62,046 nucleotides of DNA from a virus. Lineage: Duplodnaviria > Caudoviricetes. A program made the translations under genes and the position numbers. The notes under the pieces were generated by a model. That model was not told where the DNA came from and did not search any database. It was given only the letters and a program-made list of their open reading frames with translations. Shown in pieces: positions 20,069 to 28,991 of this stretch. The stretch covers positions 1-62,046 of the IMG/VR virus record IMGVR_UViG_3300032295_001918. The stretch is one strand, 5' to 3'. How positions within the stretch are numbered: position 1 is the stretch's first letter; the number at the start of each line of letters is the position of its first letter.

Positions 20069-20382
20069 TGTACACACCCACCGAAACTCACCCGTATAAT
20101 TACCCTACATCAAGTGCAAGTGATTTTGAAAGATTAGGACATCCTGGAAAATTTAAAAGAACCATATTAGCTTCAGGTACAGTTTGGTTTACTGGATCTA
20201 ATTACGGTGTTGGTGCTTTGTTACCCCATCAAGGTGGAGGAACTGGAACAGCTTACTTAACAGACGGTGGATCAATTGATATATCTAAACTTGCTCCTGG
20301 TCATATACACGAGTTATCCGTGGCACATATAGAAGGTGGTTCTAATGTTTATGCATTATTGAGAAATAACGTTGTTAGATAA
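20068..20382 (+). CDS. Small hypothetical protein
   Basis: TAATG coupling with the upstream stop; GGAG RBS. Confidence 0.55.
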   Translation: MYTPTETHPYNYPTSSASDFERLGHPGKFKRTILASGTVWFTGSNYGVGALLPHQGGGTGTAYLTDGGSIDISKLAPGHIHELSVAHIEGGSNVYALLRNNVVR

Positions 20383-20386
20383 AAAT

Positions 20387-20908
20387 ATGAAAACAGAAGA
20401 ATTTATAAAAAAAATATTGGAATCAGAAGACTTCAGAATATTTGAAGATGATGGTGGCGCAGGAAATGTTACTGCTAACGTAGACGGCTATCAGACACCA
20501 AATGCTTTTGCTAAAAGTGAAGACGATTTTGAATCTCATATAAAAGATAGAGCTGAAATGTTTGGGTATAAAATGGTTGGTAAAACTAAAAATAAGCATT
20601 TTAAACCAATATACAAAACAGAAGCAAAGTCTACCTACAAACAAGCTATGGAAGAATTGAATGAAGTTAGGTATACAGACTATAAGTCAGATGAAACACG
20701 TACTTCAAATAGAAAAATAAACGATTCTATACAAAATATAAATAAAACGATATATGAAGTCGAATTAGCTTTAGAACATGCTTTGAGATTAAAAACAGAA
20801 ATGGGAGTTGACCAAAGAACACTTTGGAGTTCATCGATTTCAAGACTTAGAAAAATATCGGAAAGAATTAATAGAATTACCAAAAAAATACACGAATTAG
20901 GTGCTTAA
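20387..20908 (+). CDS. Hypothetical head-module protein
   Basis: ORF 20372..20908 with a more likely ATG at 20387; YQTPNAF motif and C-terminal coiled coil. Confidence 0.55.
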   Translation: MKTEEFIKKILESEDFRIFEDDGGAGNVTANVDGYQTPNAFAKSEDDFESHIKDRAEMFGYKMVGKTKNKHFKPIYKTEAKSTYKQAMEELNEVRYTDYKSDETRTSNRKINDSIQNINKTIYEVELALEHALRLKTEMGVDQRTLWSSSISRLRKISERINRITKKIHELGA

Positions 20909-20909
20909 A

Positions 20910-21560
20910 ATGAAAAAATTATTAGTAGATACCATTTTATTTCAAGTAAACCCAAGCCAAATACAGGAGTCTGTATCAAATGGAGGACGTGTTATAGTAA
21001 AGGGTGTTTTACAGAGAGCGGAAGCAAAAAATCAAAATGGTAGAATATACCCGAAAAAAATATTAATGCGGGAAGTTCAAAAATATGCTGATACCAATAT
21101 TCGTGAAAATAGAGCATTAGGCGAATTAGATCATCCTGATTCATCTGTAATAAATCTTAAAAATGTTTCACATAATGTATTAGAAGTTGCTTGGAAAGGT
21201 GATGATGTTATTGGTGTAGTTGAAATACTACCAACACCATCAGGAAACATATTAAAACAACTTCTTGGTGCTGGAATAAAATTAGGCATTTCTTCAAGAG
21301 GCTTAGGATCGGTAGAAGAAATAAACGAAAACACTGTCCAAGTACAAGATGATTTTGAATTGATAGGGTGGGACTTTGTTTCAAATCCATCAACCCACGG
21401 TGCGTTTATGTATCCTGTAAGAGAAGGATTAATAAAAGAGGGTGTGGATATTAAAACTATATCTAAAATAGATCCAAAGATTAATAGAATACATAATAAT
21501 ATAACAAACATTATTTGTGAAATAGGAAATGTTTGTGAATGTTTATTTGGAGAAAAATGA
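20910..21560 (+). CDS. Prohead core protease (T4 gp21-like)
   Basis: NQNGRIYP, ALGELDHP, VSHN, GISSRGLGS and DFVSNPST motifs; start taken at ATG 20910 after AGGTG. Confidence 0.93.
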   Translation: MKKLLVDTILFQVNPSQIQESVSNGGRVIVKGVLQRAEAKNQNGRIYPKKILMREVQKYADTNIRENRALGELDHPDSSVINLKNVSHNVLEVAWKGDDVIGVVEILPTPSGNILKQLLGAGIKLGISSRGLGSVEEINENTVQVQDDFELIGWDFVSNPSTHGAFMYPVREGLIKEGVDIKTISKIDPKINRIHNNITNIICEIGNVCECLFGEK

Positions 21561-22144
21561 TGCCAGCTTTTTCACAACAACAACAAAAACTAATGGGATT
21601 AGCACTTGCTTATAAGAGAGGAGATGTTCCCGATTCAAAAGTAAGTAATACAATAAAAAAATTAGCAAGTAATATGTCCCAATCTGAATTAGAAAAATAT
21701 GCTTCAACTAAACATAAGGGTCTTCCAAAAAAAGTAGAAAGTAAATTATCTGTTGAAGAACTACGGGATATGATAACTTCAGCTGTTGACGAGGTTATGC
21801 AAGAAAAAATAACAACGTCTAACTTAAATTCTGAGCAAAAAAATCTATACATAGAAGCTATATCTAATTATAATACATATAGATCAATAATACATAGGTC
21901 AAAGGAGTTACCAAGTGCTATAAGTGAAATAAAAAACTTAGTAGAATTTGCAAGTAAAAATGTAGTATCTGAGTCTGGAGATTGGTTTGAAGGTATATCA
22001 CTTAAAAGAAAGACTAAAAAGCTAAAAGAATCTATGTTAGAATTAGAAAAAACTGGACAAAAAATAACTAAATTACAAAAAACTTTGGAGTCTATCTATG
22101 AACATATAGGAAGACAACTCAGTAATTTTTACGAAATAAAATAA
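21557..22144 (+). CDS. Hypothetical head-associated protein (DUF3008-like N-terminus)
   Basis: PAFSQQQQKLMGLALAYKRG...YASTKHKGLPKKV; GGAG RBS before ATG 21557/21560. Confidence 0.6.
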   Translation: MMPAFSQQQQKLMGLALAYKRGDVPDSKVSNTIKKLASNMSQSELEKYASTKHKGLPKKVESKLSVEELRDMITSAVDEVMQEKITTSNLNSEQKNLYIEAISNYNTYRSIIHRSKELPSAISEIKNLVEFASKNVVSESGDWFEGISLKRKTKKLKESMLELEKTGQKITKLQKTLESIYEHIGRQLSNFYEIK

Positions 22145-22159
22145 AACAAGGAATGGGTT

Positions 22160-22387
22160 ATGTCAGACAGAGTATATGTAAACTCAAAACCAGCTCATGT
22201 TAAAGTTAAAGCTGGTACAATGAATATAGATACTATGATAAAAGTATTTAAGCGAAAAGTAAAAGAAGCTGGAATTTTAGAAGAATATAAAAGTCGTATG
22301 GAATATGTGAAACCATCTAAAAAAAAGGTTGAACGAAAAAATGCAGCCGTACGGAGACAAAGAAAAATGGATATGGAAAATTATTAA
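22160..22387 (+). CDS. rpsU: Phage-encoded 30S ribosomal protein bS21
   Basis: 75-aa basic protein, VKV...NIDTMIKVFKRKVKEAGILEEYKSRMEYVKPS...AAVRRQ, matching the bS21 pattern. Confidence 0.85.
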   Translation: MSDRVYVNSKPAHVKVKAGTMNIDTMIKVFKRKVKEAGILEEYKSRMEYVKPSKKKVERKNAAVRRQRKMDMENY

Positions 22388-22403
22388 TTTTTTAAATTTA
22401 GCC

Positions 22404-22412
22404 ATATTTATA
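22404..22412 (+). promoter_or_regulatory. ATATTTATA late-promoter candidate for scaffold and major capsid
   Basis: Recurrent motif followed by a leader of about 110 nt. Confidence 0.65.
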
Positions 22413-22524
22413 TCAATAATATCCCATACAATTAAAGAATATGAGAATATCTTAGATGTGGGATCTATAATTTTTTTATGATGATTGGGGTTGATAATAA
22501 CACCATAATAGTTGGAGATTTCAA

Positions 22525-23694
22525 ATGAATGACTTATTGAAAGAAGCGATAGCAGATGCTAAAGCTGTTCGTGAAGTTGCTCTTGCAAACGCGAAATTAG
22601 CTTTAGAAGAAGCTTTCACACCACGTCTTCAATCCATGCTTTCTCAAAAACTTTCTGAAGAAGCTGAAATGGATGATGAATCCAAAGAAGTAGAAGAAGA
22701 AGGATTTTTTAATGAGTTCGCAATGGGTGAAGGCGAAGACGATGCTGAAGGTGATGAGCACGAAAAATCAATGGAAGACGGCGAAGAACAAAATGACATG
22801 GATGAATATTTTGCTGAAGCTGATGGTTCTGAAGAAAAAGATTTAGAAGAGAGAATCACAGAATTAGAAAAAACCATGGCAAAGTTTGAAGGCAAAGATT
22901 CCGAAGATGAAGAAGAACACGTTGAAGAAGCAGAACACACCGAAGATGAAAAAGAAGAAGAAGATCTTGATGAAGATTTAATGGAAATCATTCGTCAACT
23001 CGAAGAAGACCTTGCTTCATCTGAAATCGGTAAAGGTGATAATAAAAAACCATCTGCAAAGGCTTCTGATGATTCTACTCAAGACCCAGCAGGAAGTCAA
23101 AAGGTAGTTCAATTGGTTGAAGAAGAAGACGAAGAAAAAGTTGATGAAGCTAAAGACGATGATGAAGATGTCAACGAAATACTTCGTGCTATTCGTGAAG
23201 AAGATGGTGATGAAGAAAAAATGGATGAATCAAGTGAATTGGACATCAATGAAATTCTTCGTGCTTTACGTGAAGAAGAAGACGATGAAGAAGAAAAGGT
23301 AGATGAAGCTAAAGACGATGATAAGGACTTGGAAGAAGCAAATGCTAAACTACGTGAGGCATATGCAGTCATAACATTCCTACGTTCTAAAATCAATGAG
23401 GTTAATCTATTGAATTCTAAGCTTTTATTCACTAATAAAATCTTCAAGAAGCATGCTTTATCTGAAAACCAAAAAATTACGGTCATTGAGAATTTTGACC
23501 GTGCTTCTAGCTTGCGTGAAGTCAAATTGGTGTTTGCAACCCTTTCCGAGGCACTTAAATCCGCTAAGACGAATATTAAACCTTTGAAAGAATCTTTTGC
23601 AAGTAAACCAATTGCAAGCACAAGACCAAAAACTATCATCAACGAAGGTGATGATATGGCAAGTCGTTTACGTAAATTAGCTGGTTTAAAATAA
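22525..23694 (+). CDS. Prohead scaffolding/core protein (T4 gp22 position)
   Basis: Very acidic coiled coil directly upstream of the major capsid gene; ends RLRKLAGLK. Confidence 0.8.
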   Translation: MNDLLKEAIADAKAVREVALANAKLALEEAFTPRLQSMLSQKLSEEAEMDDESKEVEEEGFFNEFAMGEGEDDAEGDEHEKSMEDGEEQNDMDEYFAEADGSEEKDLEERITELEKTMAKFEGKDSEDEEEHVEEAEHTEDEKEEEDLDEDLMEIIRQLEEDLASSEIGKGDNKKPSAKASDDSTQDPAGSQKVVQLVEEEDEEKVDEAKDDDEDVNEILRAIREEDGDEEKMDESSELDINEILRALREEEDDEEEKVDEAKDDDKDLEEANAKLREAYAVITFLRSKINEVNLLNSKLLFTNKIFKKHALSENQKITVIENFDRASSLREVKLVFATLSEALKSAKTNIKPLKESFASKPIASTRPKTIINEGDDMASRLRKLAGLK

Positions 23695-23711
23695 CAATTT
23701 AGGATAATAAA

Positions 23712-25367
23712 ATGAGTATACAATCACTTTTAGGCTCTACAAGCAATGCTCATAGACGCCTTCTCGACGAAAATAAAACTATTGTAAAGAAGTGGGAAAA
23801 ATCAGGACTTCTTGACAATATTTCAGCTGAATATGAAAAGAATGGTATTGCTGTTCTTCTCGAAAATCAGGCAAAACAACTTATTGATGAAACAAACCGC
23901 ACAGGTACTCAAGCTGGTTCTGAAGAATGGGCTGGAGTTGCTCTTCCGTTAGTACGTCGTATCTTTTCAGAAATTGCTGCTAAAGACTTCGTTTCCGTAC
24001 AGCCTATGAGCTTACCTTCAGGTCTTGTATTCTTCTTAGACTTTAAGTATGGTACAGCACAACCTGGTTTCACAACAGGTGCTGGTAAAGATTCACAAGC
24101 TGATTCAGTATTTGGTGTGACTGGCAAAGATGCTAAGAATGCTGATCCGTCTGGCGGTCTTTACGGTGCAGGCAGATTTGGTTATTCAATTAACGAAGCA
24201 ACCACATCTCTCCTCAACGCAACTCCTGCTACTATAAATGTTGACAATTGTGCAACTGGTTCAGTATCACACAATACACCATCAACATATCAATTTGATA
24301 CAGAATTCCAAAATGCTTACTCAGCTTCATTAGCAGCTGGTAATATCGAAACCGTTACTGTATCAGCATTGTCTATGACAACACATGATGCAGAAGCTAT
24401 TCGTGCATTTAAGATTAGTGGTTCTGGTATTGTTGAATACTTCCCACAATATACAACTTCAAATACAGCAAATTCTCAAGTTACTTTCGTTGTTCGTAAA
24501 GTTAATGCAGGACTTGTAACAGATGCTATGGTTTGGTATGAAAAACAACCTACTGCAACAACTCGTGGTGACTTTGAAGAAGGTGCAACACAAACAGGTG
24601 CAACACTTGACATTCCAGAATTGAATTTGGAACTCCGTTCCGAACCAATAGTGGCGAAAACACGTAAGTTGAAAGCAGTTTGGACACCTGAATTTGCACA
24701 AGACTTAAATGCTTACCATTCAATCGATGCTGAAGCAGAATTAACATCAATGTTGTCAGAATATATTTCTCAAGAAATTGATCTTGAAATTCTTGACATG
24801 TTGATTAAGAATGCTCAGACAACAGAAAGATGGTCTGCACGTGTTGGTCGTACATATGATGCTGCTACAGGTCTCTTTACAGACTATTCAAATGCTCAGG
24901 CACAGGCATCTGCTTTCAATCAACAAACATGGTTCCAAACACTTGGCACTAAAATTCAAAAAGTATCTAACATTATTCATCAAAAAACACTTCGTGGTGG
25001 TGCAAACTTCTTGGTATGTTCCCCACAAGTTGCTACCTTGCTTGAATCAATGCCTGGATACGCAGTTGATGGTGAAGGTATGAAGTTTGCAATGGGTGTA
25101 CAAAAAGTTGGTCAATTGAATGGCCGCATAACAGTCTATAAGAATCCTTACATGCTTGAGAACCAAGTACTTGTAGGTTTCCGTGGAACACAATTCCTCG
25201 AAACAGGTGCTGTTTATGCTCCATACATTCCACTTGTAATGACACCTTTGGTATACGATCCAACAAACTTCACACCAAGAAAAGGCGTGATGACTCGTTA
25301 TGCCAAGAAGATTGTTCGTCCTGAGTTCTATGGTCTTATCCAAATAGATTCTCTCGGTGACATCTAA
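23712..25367 (+). CDS. Major capsid protein (T4 gp23-like)
   Basis: LLENQ, LPLVRR, VQPMSLPSGLVF, AKTRKLKAVWTPEFAQDLNAYHSIDAEAEL, YAPYIPL and FTPRKGVMTRY. Confidence 0.97.
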   Translation: MSIQSLLGSTSNAHRRLLDENKTIVKKWEKSGLLDNISAEYEKNGIAVLLENQAKQLIDETNRTGTQAGSEEWAGVALPLVRRIFSEIAAKDFVSVQPMSLPSGLVFFLDFKYGTAQPGFTTGAGKDSQADSVFGVTGKDAKNADPSGGLYGAGRFGYSINEATTSLLNATPATINVDNCATGSVSHNTPSTYQFDTEFQNAYSASLAAGNIETVTVSALSMTTHDAEAIRAFKISGSGIVEYFPQYTTSNTANSQVTFVVRKVNAGLVTDAMVWYEKQPTATTRGDFEEGATQTGATLDIPELNLELRSEPIVAKTRKLKAVWTPEFAQDLNAYHSIDAEAELTSMLSEYISQEIDLEILDMLIKNAQTTERWSARVGRTYDAATGLFTDYSNAQAQASAFNQQTWFQTLGTKIQKVSNIIHQKTLRGGANFLVCSPQVATLLESMPGYAVDGEGMKFAMGVQKVGQLNGRITVYKNPYMLENQVLVGFRGTQFLETGAVYAPYIPLVMTPLVYDPTNFTPRKGVMTRYAKKIVRPEFYGLIQIDSLGDI

Positions 25368-25390
25368 TAGTCTGATACGATTAGATTAAT

Positions 25391-25427
25391 AGTGGTTGTT
25401 CGGTTTTTCCGAACAACCACTTTTTTT
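25391..25427 (+). terminator. Rho-independent terminator after the major capsid gene
   Basis: 13-bp stem AGTGGTTGTTCGG / CCGAACAACCACT, 5-nt loop, T-tract. Confidence 0.9.
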
Positions 25428-25481
25428 ATTAAACACAGATAATAACAACCATTTTTTCTATAAAAAAACTATTTATTACAT

Positions 25482-26081
25482 ATGATAGACAATATAGATT
25501 ATATCGACCTCATTAAATTAGCGGTATCTAGTTTAGCCACACTTTTGGGTGTGGTACTATCTTGGTATCTGAAATACCAATATGGCGAATATAAGCAGAA
25601 AAAATTAGACAAAGAACTATCGCATTCCAAATTAATACAAACAATATTGGATCAATTGTTAGAAGAATATGAATGCCAACGTGCTTTTATATTACAAAGA
25701 CATAATGGCGGTAAATATAAAACTGGAAAATCAATGACAAAACTATCCACATCTTTCGAGTCACTCGAAGAAGGAGTAAGTTCTGAGTTTAGGCAATCAC
25801 AAAACCTTCCAATGTCCTTATATTCAAATTTTGTTGATGATGTATCAAAACATAAAGCTATCTACAAATCAATAGACAGTATAGATGACTTGATAACAAA
25901 GGCTTTTTTTTCACAAAGAGGAACTAAATCAGCTGTGGTTTATCCTATAAAAAAAAGTTCTGAGTTAATAGCATTGATAGGATTTGAATGGACACATACA
26001 TCGGAAGAGTCAATAGATAAAATAGATAAGATTCAAGACGATGTAAAAACGATGGGAGAAACCCTTTCTAAATTATTATAG
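25482..26081 (+). CDS. Single-TM protein with a GAF-like domain; candidate T4 T-type holin
   Basis: N-terminal hydrophobic helix, then LDQLLEEYECQRAFILQRHNG...SQRGTKSAVVYPI...IALIGFEW (GAF-like pattern). Confidence 0.5.
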   Translation: MIDNIDYIDLIKLAVSSLATLLGVVLSWYLKYQYGEYKQKKLDKELSHSKLIQTILDQLLEEYECQRAFILQRHNGGKYKTGKSMTKLSTSFESLEEGVSSEFRQSQNLPMSLYSNFVDDVSKHKAIYKSIDSIDDLITKAFFSQRGTKSAVVYPIKKSSELIALIGFEWTHTSEESIDKIDKIQDDVKTMGETLSKLL

Positions 26082-26089
26082 GAGTCATT

Positions 26090-26827
26090 ATGGACTTTAA
26101 TCACGACGAAGATAACAGTCAAAAAGCATATAACAATGAAGAGGAAGTTTTCGGTATAAACAATTCAGGAATAAAAAAAGGTAGAAAAACCATAAAAAAT
26201 AAAATACAGTTTCAATTACCACTAAACGAAGAACAAAAAAATATAAAGACTAAAGCTTTACAAGATACAATATCTGTTTTTTTAGGAAAGGCTGGTTCGG
26301 GAAAAACATTATTGGCAACACAAATAGCATTAGAATATTTATTTTACAGAGAGGTCGATAAGATAATAATAACAAGACCAACTGTATCAAATGAAGACTT
26401 GGGATTTCTTCCAGGAAATATAAAAGAAAAAATGGATCCTTGGTTGGCACCTATTCATGCAAATATGTTTATGCTTTACAGCAAAGAAAAAATTGAAAAG
26501 TTAATATCAGAAGATAAGATAGAAATAGCACCAATAAGTTTTTTACGTGGTAGAACATTTGTTAATGCTTGTGTAATAGTGGATGAATCACAAAATGTAA
26601 CAAAGGCTCAAATGGAAATGATTCTTTCACGATTAGGTATAAACTCAAAAATGATGTTAACTGGTGATTCTGCACAGATAGATTTGAAAAATAAAAAGGA
26701 TTCTGGATTACCACACCTATATGACATGAAAGATAAAATAAATGGATTGGGTGTATACGAGCTAAAAACAAACCATCGTCATCCGATAGTTGATGACATA
26801 TTATCGTATTTTGATGAAATAAAATAA
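26090..26827 (+). CDS. phoH: PhoH-family ATPase
   Basis: GKAGSGKT, ITRP, LGFLPG, FLRGRTF, IVDESQN, SRLG, GDSAQID and HRHPIV. Confidence 0.95.
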   Translation: MDFNHDEDNSQKAYNNEEEVFGINNSGIKKGRKTIKNKIQFQLPLNEEQKNIKTKALQDTISVFLGKAGSGKTLLATQIALEYLFYREVDKIIITRPTVSNEDLGFLPGNIKEKMDPWLAPIHANMFMLYSKEKIEKLISEDKIEIAPISFLRGRTFVNACVIVDESQNVTKAQMEMILSRLGINSKMMLTGDSAQIDLKNKKDSGLPHLYDMKDKINGLGVYELKTNHRHPIVDDILSYFDEIK

Positions 26828-26840
26828 TGAGAGAAATGAA

Positions 26841-27206
26841 ATGTCTTCTGGAAAATATGCTTATTTTATAGAACAAGGAACTACTTCTGAATTATTTATA
26901 AGATATAAGGATCAAAATGGTAATCCAATATCATTGGAAGGATATTCTGCACAATTACAAATAAGACCAAACTATGCAGACTTTACTTCAGATAAGTACT
27001 TAACGTTAAGTTCATCAATGGATCCAGATGGTAGTGGAATACTAATAGTTCCTGAATCTGGATCATTAGCAATCTGTATATCCGCTGAAAAGACTGACAC
27101 CTTTCAGTTCGACGAAGGATACTATGATTTGGAAATATACAGTGGAAGCTATACTAAAAGATTGTTGGAAGGTAAAGTTAAAATCAGTAAATCAGTAACG
27201 AGATAA
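26841..27206 (+). CDS. Small beta-rich virion structural protein
   Basis: IEQG...PISLEGYSAQLQIR...YYDLEI...RLLEGKV pattern seen in phage structural/adaptor proteins. Confidence 0.55.
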   Translation: MSSGKYAYFIEQGTTSELFIRYKDQNGNPISLEGYSAQLQIRPNYADFTSDKYLTLSSSMDPDGSGILIVPESGSLAICISAEKTDTFQFDEGYYDLEIYSGSYTKRLLEGKVKISKSVTR

Positions 27207-27207
27207 T

Positions 27208-28938
27208 ATGGCAGAGATATGTTTAGATATAGATGGTTTGAGTGAAGTAGTCGTCACTCAAGAATTACCAAATATTGTAGAAATATTTGGATCTACCACT
27301 GTTATAGAAGTTAATGGTTGTGGTCCATGTGATGGTGGTGACGGCATCTCAGGAACATCAGGAACGTCTGGAATATCGGGAACAAGTGGATTATCACTCG
27401 GAACATCAGGTACTTCAGGTGTGTCTGGAACAAGTGGGCAAACATATGGAACATCAGGTACTTCAGGTATGTCTGGAACAAGTGGGCAAACATATGGAAC
27501 ATCTGGAACCAGTGGACTTTCATATGCTAGTTCTGGAACATCTGGAATATCGGGACAAAACGGAACATCAGGCACATCGGGACAAAACGGAACATCAGGC
27601 ACATCGGGACAAAACGGAACATCTGGAATATCTGGGCAAAATGGCGCGCATGCAACATTTCAGTACTATTTTAGTGGAGATACAAACGCATCAGTAAACC
27701 CATTTCCAGGATTTCTAAAGCAAGACTATAACTCTCCTACACAAAAATTGGCAATAAGCAACTTAGATGTAAACGGTGTAGACCTGAGAAAATATTTTGG
27801 TAGTACAGATAATCCACTTTTATCGAGTTTGCATTCAATATACCAAAGAGATTCGATTATAACAATATACAGTAGCGAAAATCCATCGAGAATTGCCATA
27901 ATGCAAATTGCTGGAGTAGATTATTCAAATAGTCAATGGGTTATTTTTCAGGTAAATCCGATTACCGGTAATCTTGGATTTAATGCAAATGAAAAACTAA
28001 ATGTTACTGTATCGAGAAGTGGTAATAGGGGACTAAATGGTGGATTGCTATATAGATATAATCCAAATGCTGACAACGGAACACCGCTTAGTTATGATAT
28101 AACATGTGGAAATGGAATAACAGAGTGTAATCCAGGAGGAGGGGTGGTAAGAATAAATAACACCATTCCTTCAACAAGAAATTTAAAAATTCAAGTTAGC
28201 TTTAACGCGGGTAATATAAACCCATATACTCCAGCAAGGCTCGGATTTGCAGATAATTCAACCAGCTTAGTTGATTTCTATAGAGAAATTAATGTAGGAT
28301 CTATTTTAATAATAACATCTAGCCACTATGGGAATGATATTGGAACATTTCAATATTCAACTACGTATCCAAGACAGAGTGGAAGTGGTATAGGTTGGCA
28401 AGCGTTGATAACCGCACAACAGTATGTGTTTAAAATATTAAAAATCGAAGAGTTTAACGGTTGGTTCACATTCACAGTAGAAGCATTGAAATATAGTGGA
28501 CTGATTGATATACCAGCAGCTGCATTGATAAGTTTAAATTTTATATTAGCACCAAAAAACAATGGTGGTAATATATCAATAGATTCTAATTTTACAAAGC
28601 AGTTATCATTTGGTGGTGTCTTGACACCTCCACAATTAATAACAAATACCAATAATTATAACCCAACTAATTTAGAATCTTCTAATTTTTTGAGATTAAG
28701 TTCAAGTTCTGATATAAATTTAACTGGATTACAAGCACCATCCCCAAATACGAATCAAACTATTTTCTTGACAAATATTGGTAATAATAATATAACACTA
28801 AAAAATAGAAGTCTATTCTCTTTAGCTAACAACAGGTTCTATATTAAAGATGATATAGTATTAGAACCTGATTCTGGAGTAACGTTAATTTATGACACTA
28901 TTAGTTTAGCTTGGAGATGTTTTGGTGTTCAAAATTAA
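27208..28938 (+). CDS. Fibre/whisker-like protein with Gly-X-Y (GTS) repeats
   Basis: SGTSG repeat block at about 27345-27645 followed by beta-rich domains; lies just before the neck genes. Confidence 0.6.
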   Translation: MAEICLDIDGLSEVVVTQELPNIVEIFGSTTVIEVNGCGPCDGGDGISGTSGTSGISGTSGLSLGTSGTSGVSGTSGQTYGTSGTSGMSGTSGQTYGTSGTSGLSYASSGTSGISGQNGTSGTSGQNGTSGTSGQNGTSGISGQNGAHATFQYYFSGDTNASVNPFPGFLKQDYNSPTQKLAISNLDVNGVDLRKYFGSTDNPLLSSLHSIYQRDSIITIYSSENPSRIAIMQIAGVDYSNSQWVIFQVNPITGNLGFNANEKLNVTVSRSGNRGLNGGLLYRYNPNADNGTPLSYDITCGNGITECNPGGGVVRINNTIPSTRNLKIQVSFNAGNINPYTPARLGFADNSTSLVDFYREINVGSILIITSSHYGNDIGTFQYSTTYPRQSGSGIGWQALITAQQYVFKILKIEEFNGWFTFTVEALKYSGLIDIPAAALISLNFILAPKNNGGNISIDSNFTKQLSFGGVLTPPQLITNTNNYNPTNLESSNFLRLSSSSDINLTGLQAPSPNTNQTIFLTNIGNNNITLKNRSLFSLANNRFYIKDDIVLEPDSGVTLIYDTISLAWRCFGVQN

Positions 28939-28991
28939 ATAATTTTGTTATATTTATATGTAGCTAAATTGAATCACTTTGGAGTTAAAAA

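Noticed and set aside
22644-23723. Ser-rich minus-strand ORFs
   Set aside because: They are the antisense of GAA/GAT-rich codons in the scaffold gene.
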